A model generated the notes under the pieces. The model searched no databases and was not told the DNA's origin. It saw only the letters and a list, made by a program, of their open reading frames with translations. A stretch of DNA of 64,000 bases, from assembly GCA_964016885.1 (NCBI GenBank), contig OZ024742.1:50778001-50842000 (forward strand). Direction: 5' to 3'. This document shows, in pieces, positions 49,710 through 64,000 of this stretch. This DNA is from Eledone cirrhosa (Eukaryota). The position numbers were made by a program, and so were the translations under genes. Positions within the stretch are counted from its first letter, which is position 1. Each line of letters starts with the position of its first letter.

Positions 49710-51600
49710 TTCACCAGGGACGCTGGAGACAGTTAACTGTCACCGAACGGCTCGCCTGCGCAGCGACATGAATGAGAACCACCAGCTCAACTGGGTACGC
49801 AAAAAGGCCATCACGGATGAGCGGGAAAACTTGTGAGTAGTGGAAGCCGTTCACCTGGAGACAGTCGCAAGGAACAACCACCTAAGCCCGGTATACAACA
49901 CACTCTACAGAGCCTGTGCCGATCCCCGGACCAAGACAGCCGTGGGGAAGGCTACCATTCGCAACGTTATAACCACTGAAACCATCTGCATCGAGCGCTG
50001 GAAGAGGCAATTCTGACTTCTTGGCACCAACCATCCATCCCAATTGATCCTTGCCTAACCAACACCACAGACACAGCTGCAGCCAACGACTCATGCAGAC
50101 ACGATTGATCCTGTCACTGCCGATGAGGTCAGAGCCGCCCTGAAGAAGGTAAAAAACACCAAGTCCCAGGATTCTACACTATCACCGCAGAGAATTTGAA
50201 GGCAGGCGCTGATAACAGGATCCAGTGTCTCAGCCGTAACATCAGCCATGTATGGATGTCAAAGCAGCTCCCAAATAACTGGACTAGAGTCATTATCCTA
50301 TTCTTCTTGAATCAGAAGGGCGACAAACTCGTTTGCAGCAACCACAAGGGTATCTCGCTTCTCTCCAGCTCAAGCATGGTCTTCACCAAGATCCTCCTCA
50401 ACCGTTTTCTGCCAGTCATCGGAAGCGGGCTTCGCCTACAAGATGCCGGATTCCTGCCTACCCGATCCACCACTGACCACATTTCTGCCCTCCACCTCAT
50501 TATCGAAAGACTTCGGGCGTTCCACTGAGATCGCTACCTCTACGTCGCCTTCGTTGACCTCAAATCGCCTTTTGACACGGTCAACCATCCAACTATCTGG
50601 AAAATCTCCAGTTTGTAGGTGCGGTTCCGAAGATCACCACCTTGTTCCAACGGTTATATAGCAGTGCCGAGAGCTGCGTTCGGATGAACGGGAAGGAATC
50701 CGAATGGTTCCACATCAACAGTTGTCTCAGACAGGGCTACTTGGCTTCCCCCATCTCTTCAACTCTGTCATCGACTATCTGAGGATCAAGGTTTGTGAGA
50801 GTGTTTCTGGCGTTACCTTCTGGAATTACCACCTAACCTGCCTGGAATAAGCACATACCACACCCTATTCAGAAACTCTATCAATCAGCTCAGAAAGGAA
50901 TTAGCAAATCTTCACCTTCAGGTAAGCTGGGTGAAACCAATGCTAATGCAATGGTGCGGATCCACATATGCTTCATATTGGCCTCAACGTTCATTCACGT
51001 AGGCTCGAGTGTCACCAGCAATGGTAACATGACCCAGGAGATCAACCGCAGATGTGGCGCGGCTTTCGGTGTCATGCACTTCTTATGGAAGTCCCTTTAG
51101 GCCCATTGCTCAATCTCCCAGAAGACGAAGCTCCGTATTTACAATACATCGGACCTCTACGATCTCCTCTCTGGAGCATAACTCTGTCCCCTCAATAAGT
51201 CCCTGGCAAAGAAGATTTACAGCGTCGATAACATGGCCCTGACGACCATCAAAAACATCAGGTGAGACCATCACATTTCCAACAAAATGTTGCGTGCGTG
51301 GACGCATCAGCCCACAGCTTCCTGCCTCATAGCTATCCGCCGCATGTGGCGGTAGGGACATGTCCTCTACTTTTCACCGGATCATCCTACCAGGGCCGTA
51401 ATCTCATTCGAGGATCGGCTGCAGACTGAACAGAGGCCACAGCAAACCTCGCAGTAGATAGCTTGATATCATCACGGAAGATCTCCGGACTCTCGACATC
51501 ACCTTCCAGTATGCGAAGGACCTGGCACGGGACCAGCAGCGAAATAAAGGGGACAAGGTCGGCTCCTCGCATGACGATGCTTTGGGGTCACTGGCTTAAG
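49710..51600 (+). mobile_element. Degenerate RTE-clade RT fragment
   Basis: KGDKLVCSNHKGISLLS, AGFLPTRSTTDHI and YVAFVDLKSPFDTV. Confidence 0.85.
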
Positions 51601-52942
51601 ATGTACCCGGCATGGCTGCTGCTGTGGCTGTTGATGTATGTTTTTATCTTGTTACAGTTAGTTAGTCATTTTTTGGTAATGGTGAGGTAACAGCTTTAAA
51701 CATGTTGGACAGCCTGCTCTCCTGTTTTGCGGAAAGTGCGCTTTAGAATACAGTGACGGAATGTTTGTCGTCCGATATCTTAATTGAAAAGAAACACACA
51801 TTGAGTGCTGTATTTGGCAAACATATATATGTTTAACCCCTATGAGCTATATTTAGTCATAATCTAAGCAACTCCTGAAGATACTGATTAGTTTAACTAT
51901 AACATTTATCAAATGTTCAACAAAATAGGTTTGATAACAATGGGATAACAACAAACTTACAAGAGAGGTCTATAATACATGTTGAGAAACGACCGCATAC
52001 ACACAAAACAAAAATCGTTCCTGATTTAAGCAAGTACCCAAAAATCTTGGGGGGGGGGGGGGTACTGCGTGGCACATTGACAACATTTATTGAGCCATAT
52101 CACTGAAAAATGTACATAAATACAATACAAGCTGTGTAGAAATCTGTCGGATGTATCGTCACCGTTATTTGTTTGTAGATGTAGATCTTCCGCGTGAGAA
52201 AGAAAACCACCTTTAATCTGATTTTTGTTAGCGTTCACCAATATCTTTCAAGCATATAATGTACCTTTAGCACATGTGAATATCTTTCTAAAGGCTTCTA
52301 AACATGTCATGAAATATCTGAGGTTAATTATAGGCTTTCAATTTCTCAAGTGAATAGGCGATAACAATTTTACAATAACTATGCACCTAGAATGTTGTGG
52401 AAGAGAACTCTTAGATGTTTCTATTAAAAAAGACTGCACGGTGTGGCAAAATTGGACATGGAGCAGTTAGATGGAAGAAATACCAGCCGTATTACTCAAA
52501 TATTAAGCTTTTCTTTTGTACTCTCATCTTCATAATCATTTAAGGTCATAAAGGAACATAAATGTTATTTTTTATGAATAAGGACCAGTTGAATTTGTTA
52601 TATTCCCACCAGACGATACCAGCTATTTTGAACATTTATACAAGTGCAACTCTAATCAAAGAGTGCTCTTATCTGGAAGAAAGTGGCAATTGTATTATTT
52701 CAAAGATTTCTAATTTTCCCTTTAATGAAACGGACAGAATAAATGTTGATATCTAACTTGATGTCCCCTCCGCTTTGTGAGCTTAGAGACCACGTAAGAG
52801 GTTTACATGACCACGAAAGAGGGTATATTCATTAGTAAACGGTAAAATATATACAACAAATGAGTAACTGAATTGTGGTAGATGGTTTCCAGTCCAGTCA
52901 GACTGCAACTACAATAATAAATCAACTTACTTTGACCTCGTA

Positions 52943-54692
52943 TCAATGGGACCCTCGAGCTTCATGGAGCTTAGCTAACTCTTTGACGTCAGGCAGGATT
53001 TTCGTGAGCTGTAGCCGGAGATCTCCACGTGCAATCACATTGTAGCGGTTGCGAGCCTTACTATGCAGTCTGGAAACAACGCCAAACCCCCTCTCGATTA
53101 AGTATGAGCTAGGAAAAGGTAAAGCAAATCTCTTAGCCTCTGCATGTAGGAGTGGAAATCGACGCTGAATTTCCTCTTGCATCCAAAAGAGGTGTTCACC
53201 TAATTTGGAAAATTTTATTTTGATAATGTCATCTGTCTGAATTTCAATTAATTCTGCCTGAAATTTAACGTCGAAATCGTCGAGGTTAGCTATGAAGGGA
53301 TCTGCTATCCACATTGGGATGTCCATCTGCAAAAGGTCGACAAACTGTTCTCTCATGTTGTCTTGTAGTGCACGGAGGTGCGCGGTATAAATTTGGAGTT
53401 GGTCATCGCTCACAATGTTTTGAACATTGGCGACACTAGGAACATTATAGAATTCCCGTCGAGAAAGGTTCCTTTCGATGACTTTCAATTTGGCCAGGAA
53501 TATTTTCACAGCATTCTTTGCTTTAAACAAGGTGATCTTCTCCCCCTGCAAAGCCATAATGAGGCATTTGTCGAAGATGTCGGCGAGGTAGGCGCGGTCT
53601 TGCCTCACATCGTGTGTATTTTTATATGTTCTGCGTTGCGTCCTCGAAGAAACTCAATGATAGAGTCGAACAGTTAAAAGAAGCGAGTAAGGCACTTACC
53701 CTTTGAAAGCCTCCTCACTTCAGTATGAAGGAGCAACTCGACGAATTATTTGTCATTATCTTCGGACAGTTGCCGGAAAATTCGTTCATTGAGGGCATGG
53801 CGTTTGATATAATTGATAACATCAATTGCTACTTGCAAAGACTTGCTCAGCGGCTCGCTGAGTTTCTTCGCAGCCAAGTGTTGTCGATGAATGACACAAT
53901 GAACAGCAAATACAGATGGATTTTCCCTATTCAGAGTGCTACGTACGTAGCTATGTCCATAGCACATGATACAATATTGTTAAGAGGTATCTCTTTTTCT
54001 TCGAGGTATCCCTTGACAGATTCAAAGATGGTGGCACCTTTAGTATCTGTGGCAAGATTCAGAGTGAAGAGAAGCTCATCGTGCATTTCGTTTTGGTGGA
54101 AAAATCGTACGTATCCCAGTAGTAATGATTGATTCCCGGAAAGTGTGCTTTCATCAAGTTGCAATGCAAATTGTGTCGATTTCAAGATGTTGCATAATTT
54201 TAGTTCAACATTTTCCGCCATTTCGTCGATGCGTTTCCTTATAGAGTCGTTACGCAACGGAATACATTTCAAGGTCTTTAACGTGTTGTGACGTAGTACT
54301 GTTGAAAGAACTTCTGAGATGACAGGGGCTACCAATGTTTCACCCAAGGAATGGGGCTTGCCCCACTATGCGATTATGTGGGCAATATTGTAAGATTCGA
54401 CAAGTCCATCATCATTTGAAGCTTCAACTTTCGAAAAGGCAGAAGAAATTAGTGTTGTTTTCTGGAATTGGTCCCTAAGAGACTGAAAGTATGCTAAATA
54501 TGTATATCTCTTATCGGGGTGCCTCACCTTCAAGTGTCTACTCAAACGCGATGGCTTCATCGCCTCATTCGAAAAGGACTCTTTGCAAATTAAACACATG
54601 CGTGACAGGTGGTTCGACGGCGATGGGATGAATCTGAACCGTAAGTAATCAACGCTGTACTGCCTGCATTTGTTCTTCATTACTGAGGCCAT
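52943..54692 (-). pseudogene. hAT (Buster/Charlie-type) transposase, frameshifted
   Basis: BED finger (CLIC..KPSRLSRHLKVRH), FALQLDEST, HCVIHRQHL and PFPSSYLIERGF..KARNR..GDLRLQLT, spread over four ORFs. Confidence 0.92.
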
Positions 54693-55699
54693 TTTCTGTT
54701 TATCGAATGTGTTTGGTAAAGTTACGCAAAGATGTGCCTATATAAGCCTATCAAATTATGTATAAGTAACTTACTATGATGAGTCCTGTTCCAGTATGAT
54801 AAAGTTTCAAGTAATGTTCTGGAATAACACTTTGTAATAAACAAAACTGCAATGAAAAACACAAATATTGTAATTAATTAACCATGGCGAGACAAGTTAA
54901 TGTCGATGAAGATTAACCAGTCTTTCATGTAGGAATAGTAATAACATAGCTTGAGGAATTAAGGTGGCAGACTCAATAAAGGATCAACGAGGCAACGAGT
55001 TCAAGAGAACTTAATGCAAGAATGACTAGTAATGTGCTATTTTGAAATGGAATTCATCAATTAAGCACGTAGTGATAAGACGCGATAATACTAAGTTAAG
55101 ACATTACTTTTTAGTCAGAGTTTCTCAAATTATCGCCCTTACCTTAATGCATCACTGTGATATTCTTGTAATGGTGCTCCAATTATAATGGATGACTGTT
55201 GAAGACTACAAAAGCACTTCCTTAAACACAAGGCTATAACAAGACTTGATCGTAGTATAAACAGTCAGTTTATATAGGAATAGCAACAACCTAGTTATAG
55301 AATAAATGATATGGAAATGTAATGAAGATAAGATGGAGTCAAGCAAACCGAATGTTAGTAAGAATGAGTTGAAGTATCGAGGTCAAGCCGATCACGGTGA
55401 TGAACGGGTCAGTGAATAATGTTGCTTTTGTCCAGGGGCCTCGTTTGACTTAAGCATGTGAGGGTGACAAACCAACATTTGTTGGAGCAGTTTAGTATTA
55501 CTTATGGTGTCTTTTCTGAATCCTATTACATAAGTAAATATTTCTTTACGCTAATTAAATTTTATATATTGAAATGAAGTTCAGAAATAAGAAAAAAATA
55601 AGCTTAAAATGTATTTATTATATCAAATAAACAAAAAATAAAACATAGACCTTTGAATAAAAATCATATGAAGTAAATGTCTTGTCTTTTAGAACTTCC

Positions 55700-56810
55700 C
55701 AAATGTATCAGATCTCGCCCCATTGCTGTCAATAAATAATTTAGCAGCTTCTTCACAACTAATCTTTTTCAAAACATCTTTATGAACGTCTCATATTAGA
55801 ATATGATTCAACCTTTGCTGAGCCATGGTCGATCGCAACCTAGTTTTGAGTCTCTGCAGAGCGCTAAAAGATCTTTCAGCTTCACAAGTGGTTGGAAACA
55901 TTAAAAGTAGCCTGAGCATTCGCTCAACATTTAGAAACATGCGGCGGACTTTTGGTTCATTTCACCGAATATTTTACGATGATCCTAGAGAGATGATCCA
56001 CTCTGATGATTTCTATAAAGAAGTATTTCGTTCCTTAAAGAAAACTCATCAAGTTCTGGATACTGCATGATCACTTCAGCACAAACAGTAAAATATTGCT
56101 CAGCTTTTCATAATCTGCTAAATCCTGAGAAAAAGAATAATCTTTCAAATTTGATATTGCAGTATCCGCTACCTGCAAATACTGCACTCTGTAATGATCC
56201 AAAGCAGTGCAGTGTTGATATTTTAACGCATTTCCTTCCTGGTATATTTTAGGAATTTTTCTTTGCCTGGGTTGCTCCAAAGGAGAAATATCGAGTTGAT
56301 AAATCATTTTTTCTGCTGTATTGAACAGCTCCTGGAATTGTTCTGCACTGCATAGATTTTTTTAGCTCCTCCTGCACCAGTCTGACACTATGCAACATGC
56401 TACCTAGATTGAAGGTGGTACTTTGAAAAGATTTGTTCAATCCTTCAAGGAATTGAAGTAATGGAACTACAACGTGCAATCCAAGAACACATTGGCCCGG
56501 AGAGTGACACATAAGAATAACATTAGCTATGGATGCAATGTTGGTGCCAAACTCATTTGTTGCCTCTTGTAAAGAAATAGGGACATCTGAATAATTGTCA
56601 AGAAGGGCTTTGACTGCAGAAAGTCGTGTTAGCCATCGAGTAGGGTACACAGGTGTTAAGGAGCTTGGTGACGATATTTCATTTTCTTCATCATGTTGTG
56701 ATAAATACGGTTGCTTAAATTTCCTTGATGTACTATATAGTTTCTGCAATTCATTCACATAACCTAGAACATTTTTGATAAGTGAAGCTTGTTGTACAGA
56801 CTTAGTTGAG
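55700..56810 (-). pseudogene. C-terminal fragment of a second hAT transposase (ZMYM1-like/Tip100 type)
   Basis: VYPTRWLTR; manual translation LLMFPTTCEAERSFSALQRLKTRLRSTMAQQRLN (hAT dimerisation domain). Confidence 0.85.
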
Positions 56811-57436
56811 AAATATGAATACCGCAGTTCACGTAATGGGCCAAATCAAGTTATGTTAGAATCTTTAAAAAGATATTTAAACAATACCCGTACGAATTAA
56901 ATACAAAAAAAGTTTCAGTCCAAAACAAAAGCAAACTATTTCAAATTATATATTTTTGAAAAATAGGCGTGAATGTTCTCAAAGACTTGATTTCAGTCGA
57001 AACAGATTTATTTTTTAAATTCTATATTTCACTGTTAGCTGTTGTAATATTTTGATTGGAGAAATAATGCTACAATTCAAACTGTAAAGTCAAAATACAA
57101 AAAATGTAAAATATGAAGAATGTCTTACCTTTCTCTGAAATCACAAACTCAGGGGAAAAATAGTACCTTGCAAAATAAAATACCTCGTAGAAAAATAAAA
57201 TATTTAGCAACGAATGAAGCTTGGAGACAGTGAGAAAGTAGTATTTGTATCCCTTATATATAGATTCACAGACACACACAAACACACATAAACACGCACG
57301 CCTCCACACACACACGCACAAACTTGTGTGTGTGTGTGTGCCTTGGTTTGGGTACAGAAATAATTTTGTCTACAGTTTTTTTTATTGCCAGGTCAAAGCC
57401 CACTGCTCTTTTCAACAACGCCAAATAACAACGCTC

Positions 57437-57476
<40 letters not shown>

Positions 57477-59760
57477 AATGAAGAGAGAAAGAGCGAGGGA
57501 CAGAGAGGGTAAGAAATGTGTGTGTTTGGTACACATCTATCTATCTATCTATCTCTGGGATGGACACATGTGTTAAACTTGCTCGGTAAGTTTTGTTTAA
57601 ATTTCTTTAGAAATTCGTCATTGTGAACTTTTATTTTTATACCAATTTGTAGAGGGACTGTGAGGTCAAATTTCGATCTGGTCAATCCCCCAAAATATTG
57701 TGCCCCTCAGGGCAAAAAGATCTAAAATACTTTCGAAAAAATGTTTGCAAAGCACTTCAAATTTTAAAACATTGCTGAAGCAAAGGCACCTATTTTTTGT
57801 CAAAACAAGAAGATGGGAAGGGAAAGCCATGCCTACTTGACCAGCAGGTAGTATCAGACATGGACAAAAGAATGCCAACATTATCGCCTCAACATTTAGA
57901 AGAGGAACAAGCTTCAGCTGCTTGTAAGCAACTGAACACGCCTGACTCACAAACGTCACGTGTATCCATACACAGAAGGAAGTATGTGTAGCAAACACTA
58001 ATACCACCATAACCAACAACAACACAATAAATGAGAACAACAACACAACAAAAGGAATCAGTAGCAACAAAACGAATGAGACCATCATCACCACCAACAA
58101 CAACAATAACACAATTTCATTTGCAGCAACAGTTGCTAAGCAACAGGATTTTAAATACTACTCCATGGGCATTTCCCAAAAGTCCCAATATTTGGAAGAA
58201 GCTTCCAACTGTGTGACGTTTGAGGGAGACACGCCACACACTGTAGAGGGATCACAAGTAATATCATGTCCAGCTTTAACACTCCCGACCACATATTCCT
58301 TGCTACATCTGGGTGTATAGCCATACAATTAAACTTTACAAATGCGAAAATGACTACGAACCATGGTCAATATCACATTCTATGCCCCCACTGTTATTCT
58401 TGAGTTAGGTTACTCCATATTCAGGAGGACAATGTTATGAAAATGATTTTTGTGCATCATCTCTGTCTGCTTTTTAACTTCAACCTTGATAGTGAAACTC
58501 AGGTATGTCGATATGTAAGTTTAATTTGTTTTATGATATATTAGTCCAAATAAATGCCACAGCTTCCTTTAATATGTAGTTCAAGATAACATTATTCCCT
58601 CTTTCTGAGAAATTATTAGTTAAGTTATGTCTTTTCTAAATGGGTTCAGGATAAGATATACCGATTTTATTCCATTGCTCTGTTTCATGACGTGCTTATA
58701 TCATATTGATGCTATTGTTGTTGTTTATTTTGTATGTCATGCAAATGTCTGCTTTAAGACATTTAATCTTGAGTGTCTATGCTTCGAAGTGTAACTGATT
58801 GATCCATTATAATTTCTATTATGTTGCTTCTTTAAATGTTGTTTATCTTTCTAATTTATTCATTTATTCAACACATGCGTCTCTGTTTTGTTTTGAAAGA
58901 GTGATTTTTAATATATTTCACCACCACTCCAGTCAAGATGTTAAATATTATATATTGTAAACGTGTGAAATACTTTCTAAAAGACATTAATATTGAAATA
59001 TTTTCTAAAAGACGGGATCCTTTTTATATAATCCGAGAAAAGAATGTTCCTGCATTAAAAGTTGGTAATAATACAATTCCATAGGTGCGAGGTTAACAGG
59101 TCATATGAGATGGCAAAGTCACAGATTCAATGGCACCAAGACATAAAGAGAGAAAAATAGGAAATGAAATACATGAAAGAAATGATAATAGTGAGTGCCT
59201 TGAGGATTGTAAAGACCAAGGTTTACGGAATAGGTATTTTTGATCAGCGCAGAGCTTTCTCTGAAGAGATTATTGACAGTTTGGATCATGTATAAAAACT
59301 TTGAAAACATAAGCGCAAAAAGAAATTGGTGTATCCTAATATCTTGTTATAGTATTGGTTTAGCCTAACCATACAATAAATCCAGAGGTACCTGTCTGTC
59401 AATTGAAGACAAATTAAGTCATTTGTGAGATATTTTCCCAACCCCCTTTTCTGTCGCCTAGTTCTACACAACCGCACTGTGCAACCAAGGTGTCGTTTCA
59501 ATCTTCAACTTGGAACTATAATTTTGAACATTTACATAACACTTTTAAACTCCTAGAGAAATATAGCATCCGGCTTTTCGCCGATTAGACACCAAATAAT
59601 TAAAATTAAAAGGTTAGTTGATCTTCAGGTACAGCACCAGCTATTTACTTTCAGGTTGTCTGCGAAAATTCTTTGTATTGTGAAATCGGGAACATTCTGA
59701 AATATTACAGCATCGCCGGAAATGAAAACAGGTGGCATGTCTTGTATATACCTATATACA

Positions 59761-59767
<7 letters not shown>

Positions 59768-59804
<37 letters not shown>

Positions 59805-59814
59805 AAGAGAGAGA

Positions 59815-59866
<52 letters not shown>

Positions 59867-59867
59867 G

Positions 59868-59946
<79 letters not shown>
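59768..59946. repeat. (TA)n-(GA)n compound microsatellite
   Basis: Direct reading. Confidence 0.95.
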
Positions 59947-59985
59947 AAGGAAATAAGATTTCGCTTCAAGCATAGCTTTATACAA

Positions 59986-60240
59986 TATGTATAGAAATTT
60001 CGCATTTCTAAAGAAATACGGCTTTAGTAAGCCGTAGCTAGTGTAAAACTATATATTCTCGACTGTTTCCAAGTCCAACAGTAGCAAGCGGTGGGAGGGA
60101 CCGTCCAGACGAAGGCCAGTCATGCCTGAAATGCATAGTCCGTTGTCCCCCTTGGTTCTGCTGGATGTCAGCTCCGGTGTTTGCAGAGCTACGGCTTACT
60201 AAAACCGTATTTCTTTAGACATGAGAAATTTCTATACATA
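59986..60240. mobile_element. 255-bp element with 54-bp terminal inverted repeats
   Basis: 59986-60039 matches the reverse complement of 60187-60240 with 3 mismatches. Confidence 0.75.
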
Positions 60241-60415
60241 TATATATACTTCAGTGTGGTCTACCATACGTGGTAGGAGCTATATCGTAGTTAGAACTCA
60301 ATGTAATCCGTTAGCATGTAGTTCAGTGTGATCCAGTGATTGGTTCCGTATTTCACTGAGCCATTCTTTCAGATACAGAGTATTATAATAAATGTTTGGT
60401 AAACCCATACGTACA

Positions 60416-60523
<108 letters not shown>

Positions 60524-60758
60524 TGTGTGTGCATGTATGTATGTATATAAATAATACTGTACGTCTGTATACATATATGTATGTACGTATACATACTTAA
60601 ATTTAAGTATCAGCCGTACTAAGAGAGAGAAATGAAATTTCATGTTTGCCATTTATCGTTTTCGGTCCGCTCGGCCGACTAACTCACTCTATATGCAAAT
60701 TAGGCTGCTCAGCCGTTAATATGCACAAGGAAAGTATATACTTTCAAACGTTCAATCG

Positions 60759-60829
60759 ACTGACAGGAAGGTATACGGTGCTGATGACAGCTAATAAGCT
60801 AGAAACTAGTTCATCGTTCCTTTATCAGT
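60759..60829 (+). ncRNA. Minimal type I hammerhead ribozyme
   Basis: CUGAUGA at 60781-87; stem II agct-aata-agct; GAAA at 60802-05; palindromic stem III ACUAGU; GUU cleavage after 60811; stem I cggtg/catcg, aggaa/ttcct and actga/tcagt. Confidence 0.75.
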
Positions 60830-62382
60830 GTTAAACAAAATGGCAACGAGGGTTGCCGAACAGTGTACAGCTAATAATTCGGGCTGTTTGTTTTACAAAC
60901 AAACCGAGCATCATAATAAATGTTCGGTAAACCCATACGTACACATATATATATATATATATGTGTGTGTGCATGTACGTATGTACCGCCACCCTCCCCT
61001 CACATTTATCCCCCACTAACACACCCCTCCTTTTCACCGCCCACCCCACACTAACAATACTAACACCTCCACTCCACCCCTCATCTGACCACCCTTCCCC
61101 AACTAACATACTAACATCCCTTCCCCCCTCTTCTACTCCTCCCCCCTCCTTATCACACGCACACACCCACCGGCACATATATACACGCGCTCACACTAAA
61201 CACACACCCTACTACCACCACTAACACTCAACCCCACACCTCTCAGCCCCACACCTCCATCCCACCACCCCGCAACTAACCTCACTAACATCCCCTAACC
61301 CCAAGCACACGAACACATGCACCCACTTACAACACCCACCCCACACGCAACTAACATCACTAACAACCCCCAACCCACGCACACGTACCCACATACCCTC
61401 GTACACCACCAACTCTACACACCCTACCACCACTAACCCCCACTCACACCTGCATTCAACCCCTCCCCACTCCACCCACACCCTCGCTCCACACTCACTC
61501 ATCCCACTCACACCCCTACTAATACACACACACACACACACACCCTCCTCACTCCAACTTTCACACCTACCCATCCTCGCCCCCTACCATTCCACTGACT
61601 GCTGCTGTGCCCTCTGGCCACCTCCCAACACCAACAGACCACAGCACTCCCACTGCTGACCACTTCCTGTTGCGCGCGCACCCCACATCTCTCCTCTTCC
61701 GACCACCACTTCATGGATTACCCACACGCAGAATTTGACTTACAAACAATCTACTGAACATCCTTGGAACTTACCAACTTTTCAACCATCCTCTTGCGTA
61801 ATTCACCTATAACTCACCCGCACACACACCCCCAAAATATTTTTTCTGCACACACCACCCACACCCACAACACGCTTAAACCCCACACACACGTGCTTCC
61901 CACCACATATTTACACCCTCAGCCTCCTGATTCCTCTCCCCCCAACCCCCTATCCACACAGGCACATACACTCCGACCCACAAAAACACCCCCTACACAC
62001 ACCCCTTCTTGAAAATGCAAATCCGTTTTTCCCCCAACCCTTACTTTCACATACACACACACACACACACACGCACACCTACACACACACACCACCTTCA
62101 GCCCTCCCCGCTCGGACACCCCGTCTCCCTCTCCCCACTCCACCCGCCACCACCCCTACTCACCCCACACCCTTCCACCACCTGTTTACCCCCCTTTTAA
62201 TTTCAGTTTATTTTGATCATGCCTATATTTTTAAATTTTCTCATTCCTTGTATTTTGATCATGCTTTATTTTTATTTTTTATCTTTATTTGTTTTTTTTC
62301 ATTCGCACCGTTTCCTTTCGCTATATGTCTCTCCACCACTCCCCTACACACCTTTTGAACTCTGTTCCCACACACTTCTCCC

Positions 62383-62410
62383 CTGAGGAAGGGCTTATGC
62401 CCGAAACGTC
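62383..62410 (+). ncRNA. Hammerhead core motif (Penelope-like terminus), stem I poor
   Basis: CTGAGGA-a-gggc-ttat-gccc-GAAA-CGTC, followed by aataaa. Confidence 0.5.
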
Positions 62411-62545
62411 GTCCCCCACCTACCCCCACTCTCCTGAGCGTGAAATTAATAAACATTTATTGTACTGCCTCTCTGTTTTGTCCCTGTTCAAATTTTTCCA
62501 TTATATATATATATAGATATATATATATATATACATATGTATATA

Positions 62546-63937
<1,392 letters not shown>

Positions 63938-64000
63938 TCAAAGTTAAACAACGTTCAATGAATACATCAAAGAATGACTTTTACAATAGTTGGAAACACT

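Noticed and set aside
51982-55130. TIR-like strings ttgagaaacgac and cagagtttctcaa near the Buster transposase
   Set aside because: They face outward rather than inward and lack an 8-bp TSD.
57560-58260. Apparent short intron (gtaagt..ttgtag) and Gln/Thr-rich ORFs
   Set aside because: The spliced frame stops quickly and no convincing domain is present.

Overview
AT-rich, microsatellite-dense eukaryotic DNA with no host gene that I can support. Almost everything recognisable is transposon-derived, and the repeat content resembles cephalopod (octopus-like) genomes; that assignment is an inference. The core (9-28 kb) is a pile-up on (ATT/TAA)n tracts. It contains two tandem R4/Dong-type RLE retrotransposons (one with an intact 1130-aa ORF), a third truncated copy and two fragments of other RLE families, all on the minus strand. 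On the plus strand lie a Tx1/L1-like APE retrotransposon and tRNA-derived SINEs. The SINE's last ~33 nt match the Tx1-like element's 3' end, including a small stem-loop, and its target-site duplications begin with ATTAT, which suggests a LINE-SINE partnership that targets ATT repeats. The rest holds degenerate RTE, Tx1 and hAT fragments and a Helitron-like inverted pair. At 60-62.4 kb there is one well-formed minimal type I hammerhead ribozyme and several decayed hammerhead-like motifs of the Penelope-like element/retrozyme type. Boundaries of degenerate elements are approximate, and identities were judged by eye.
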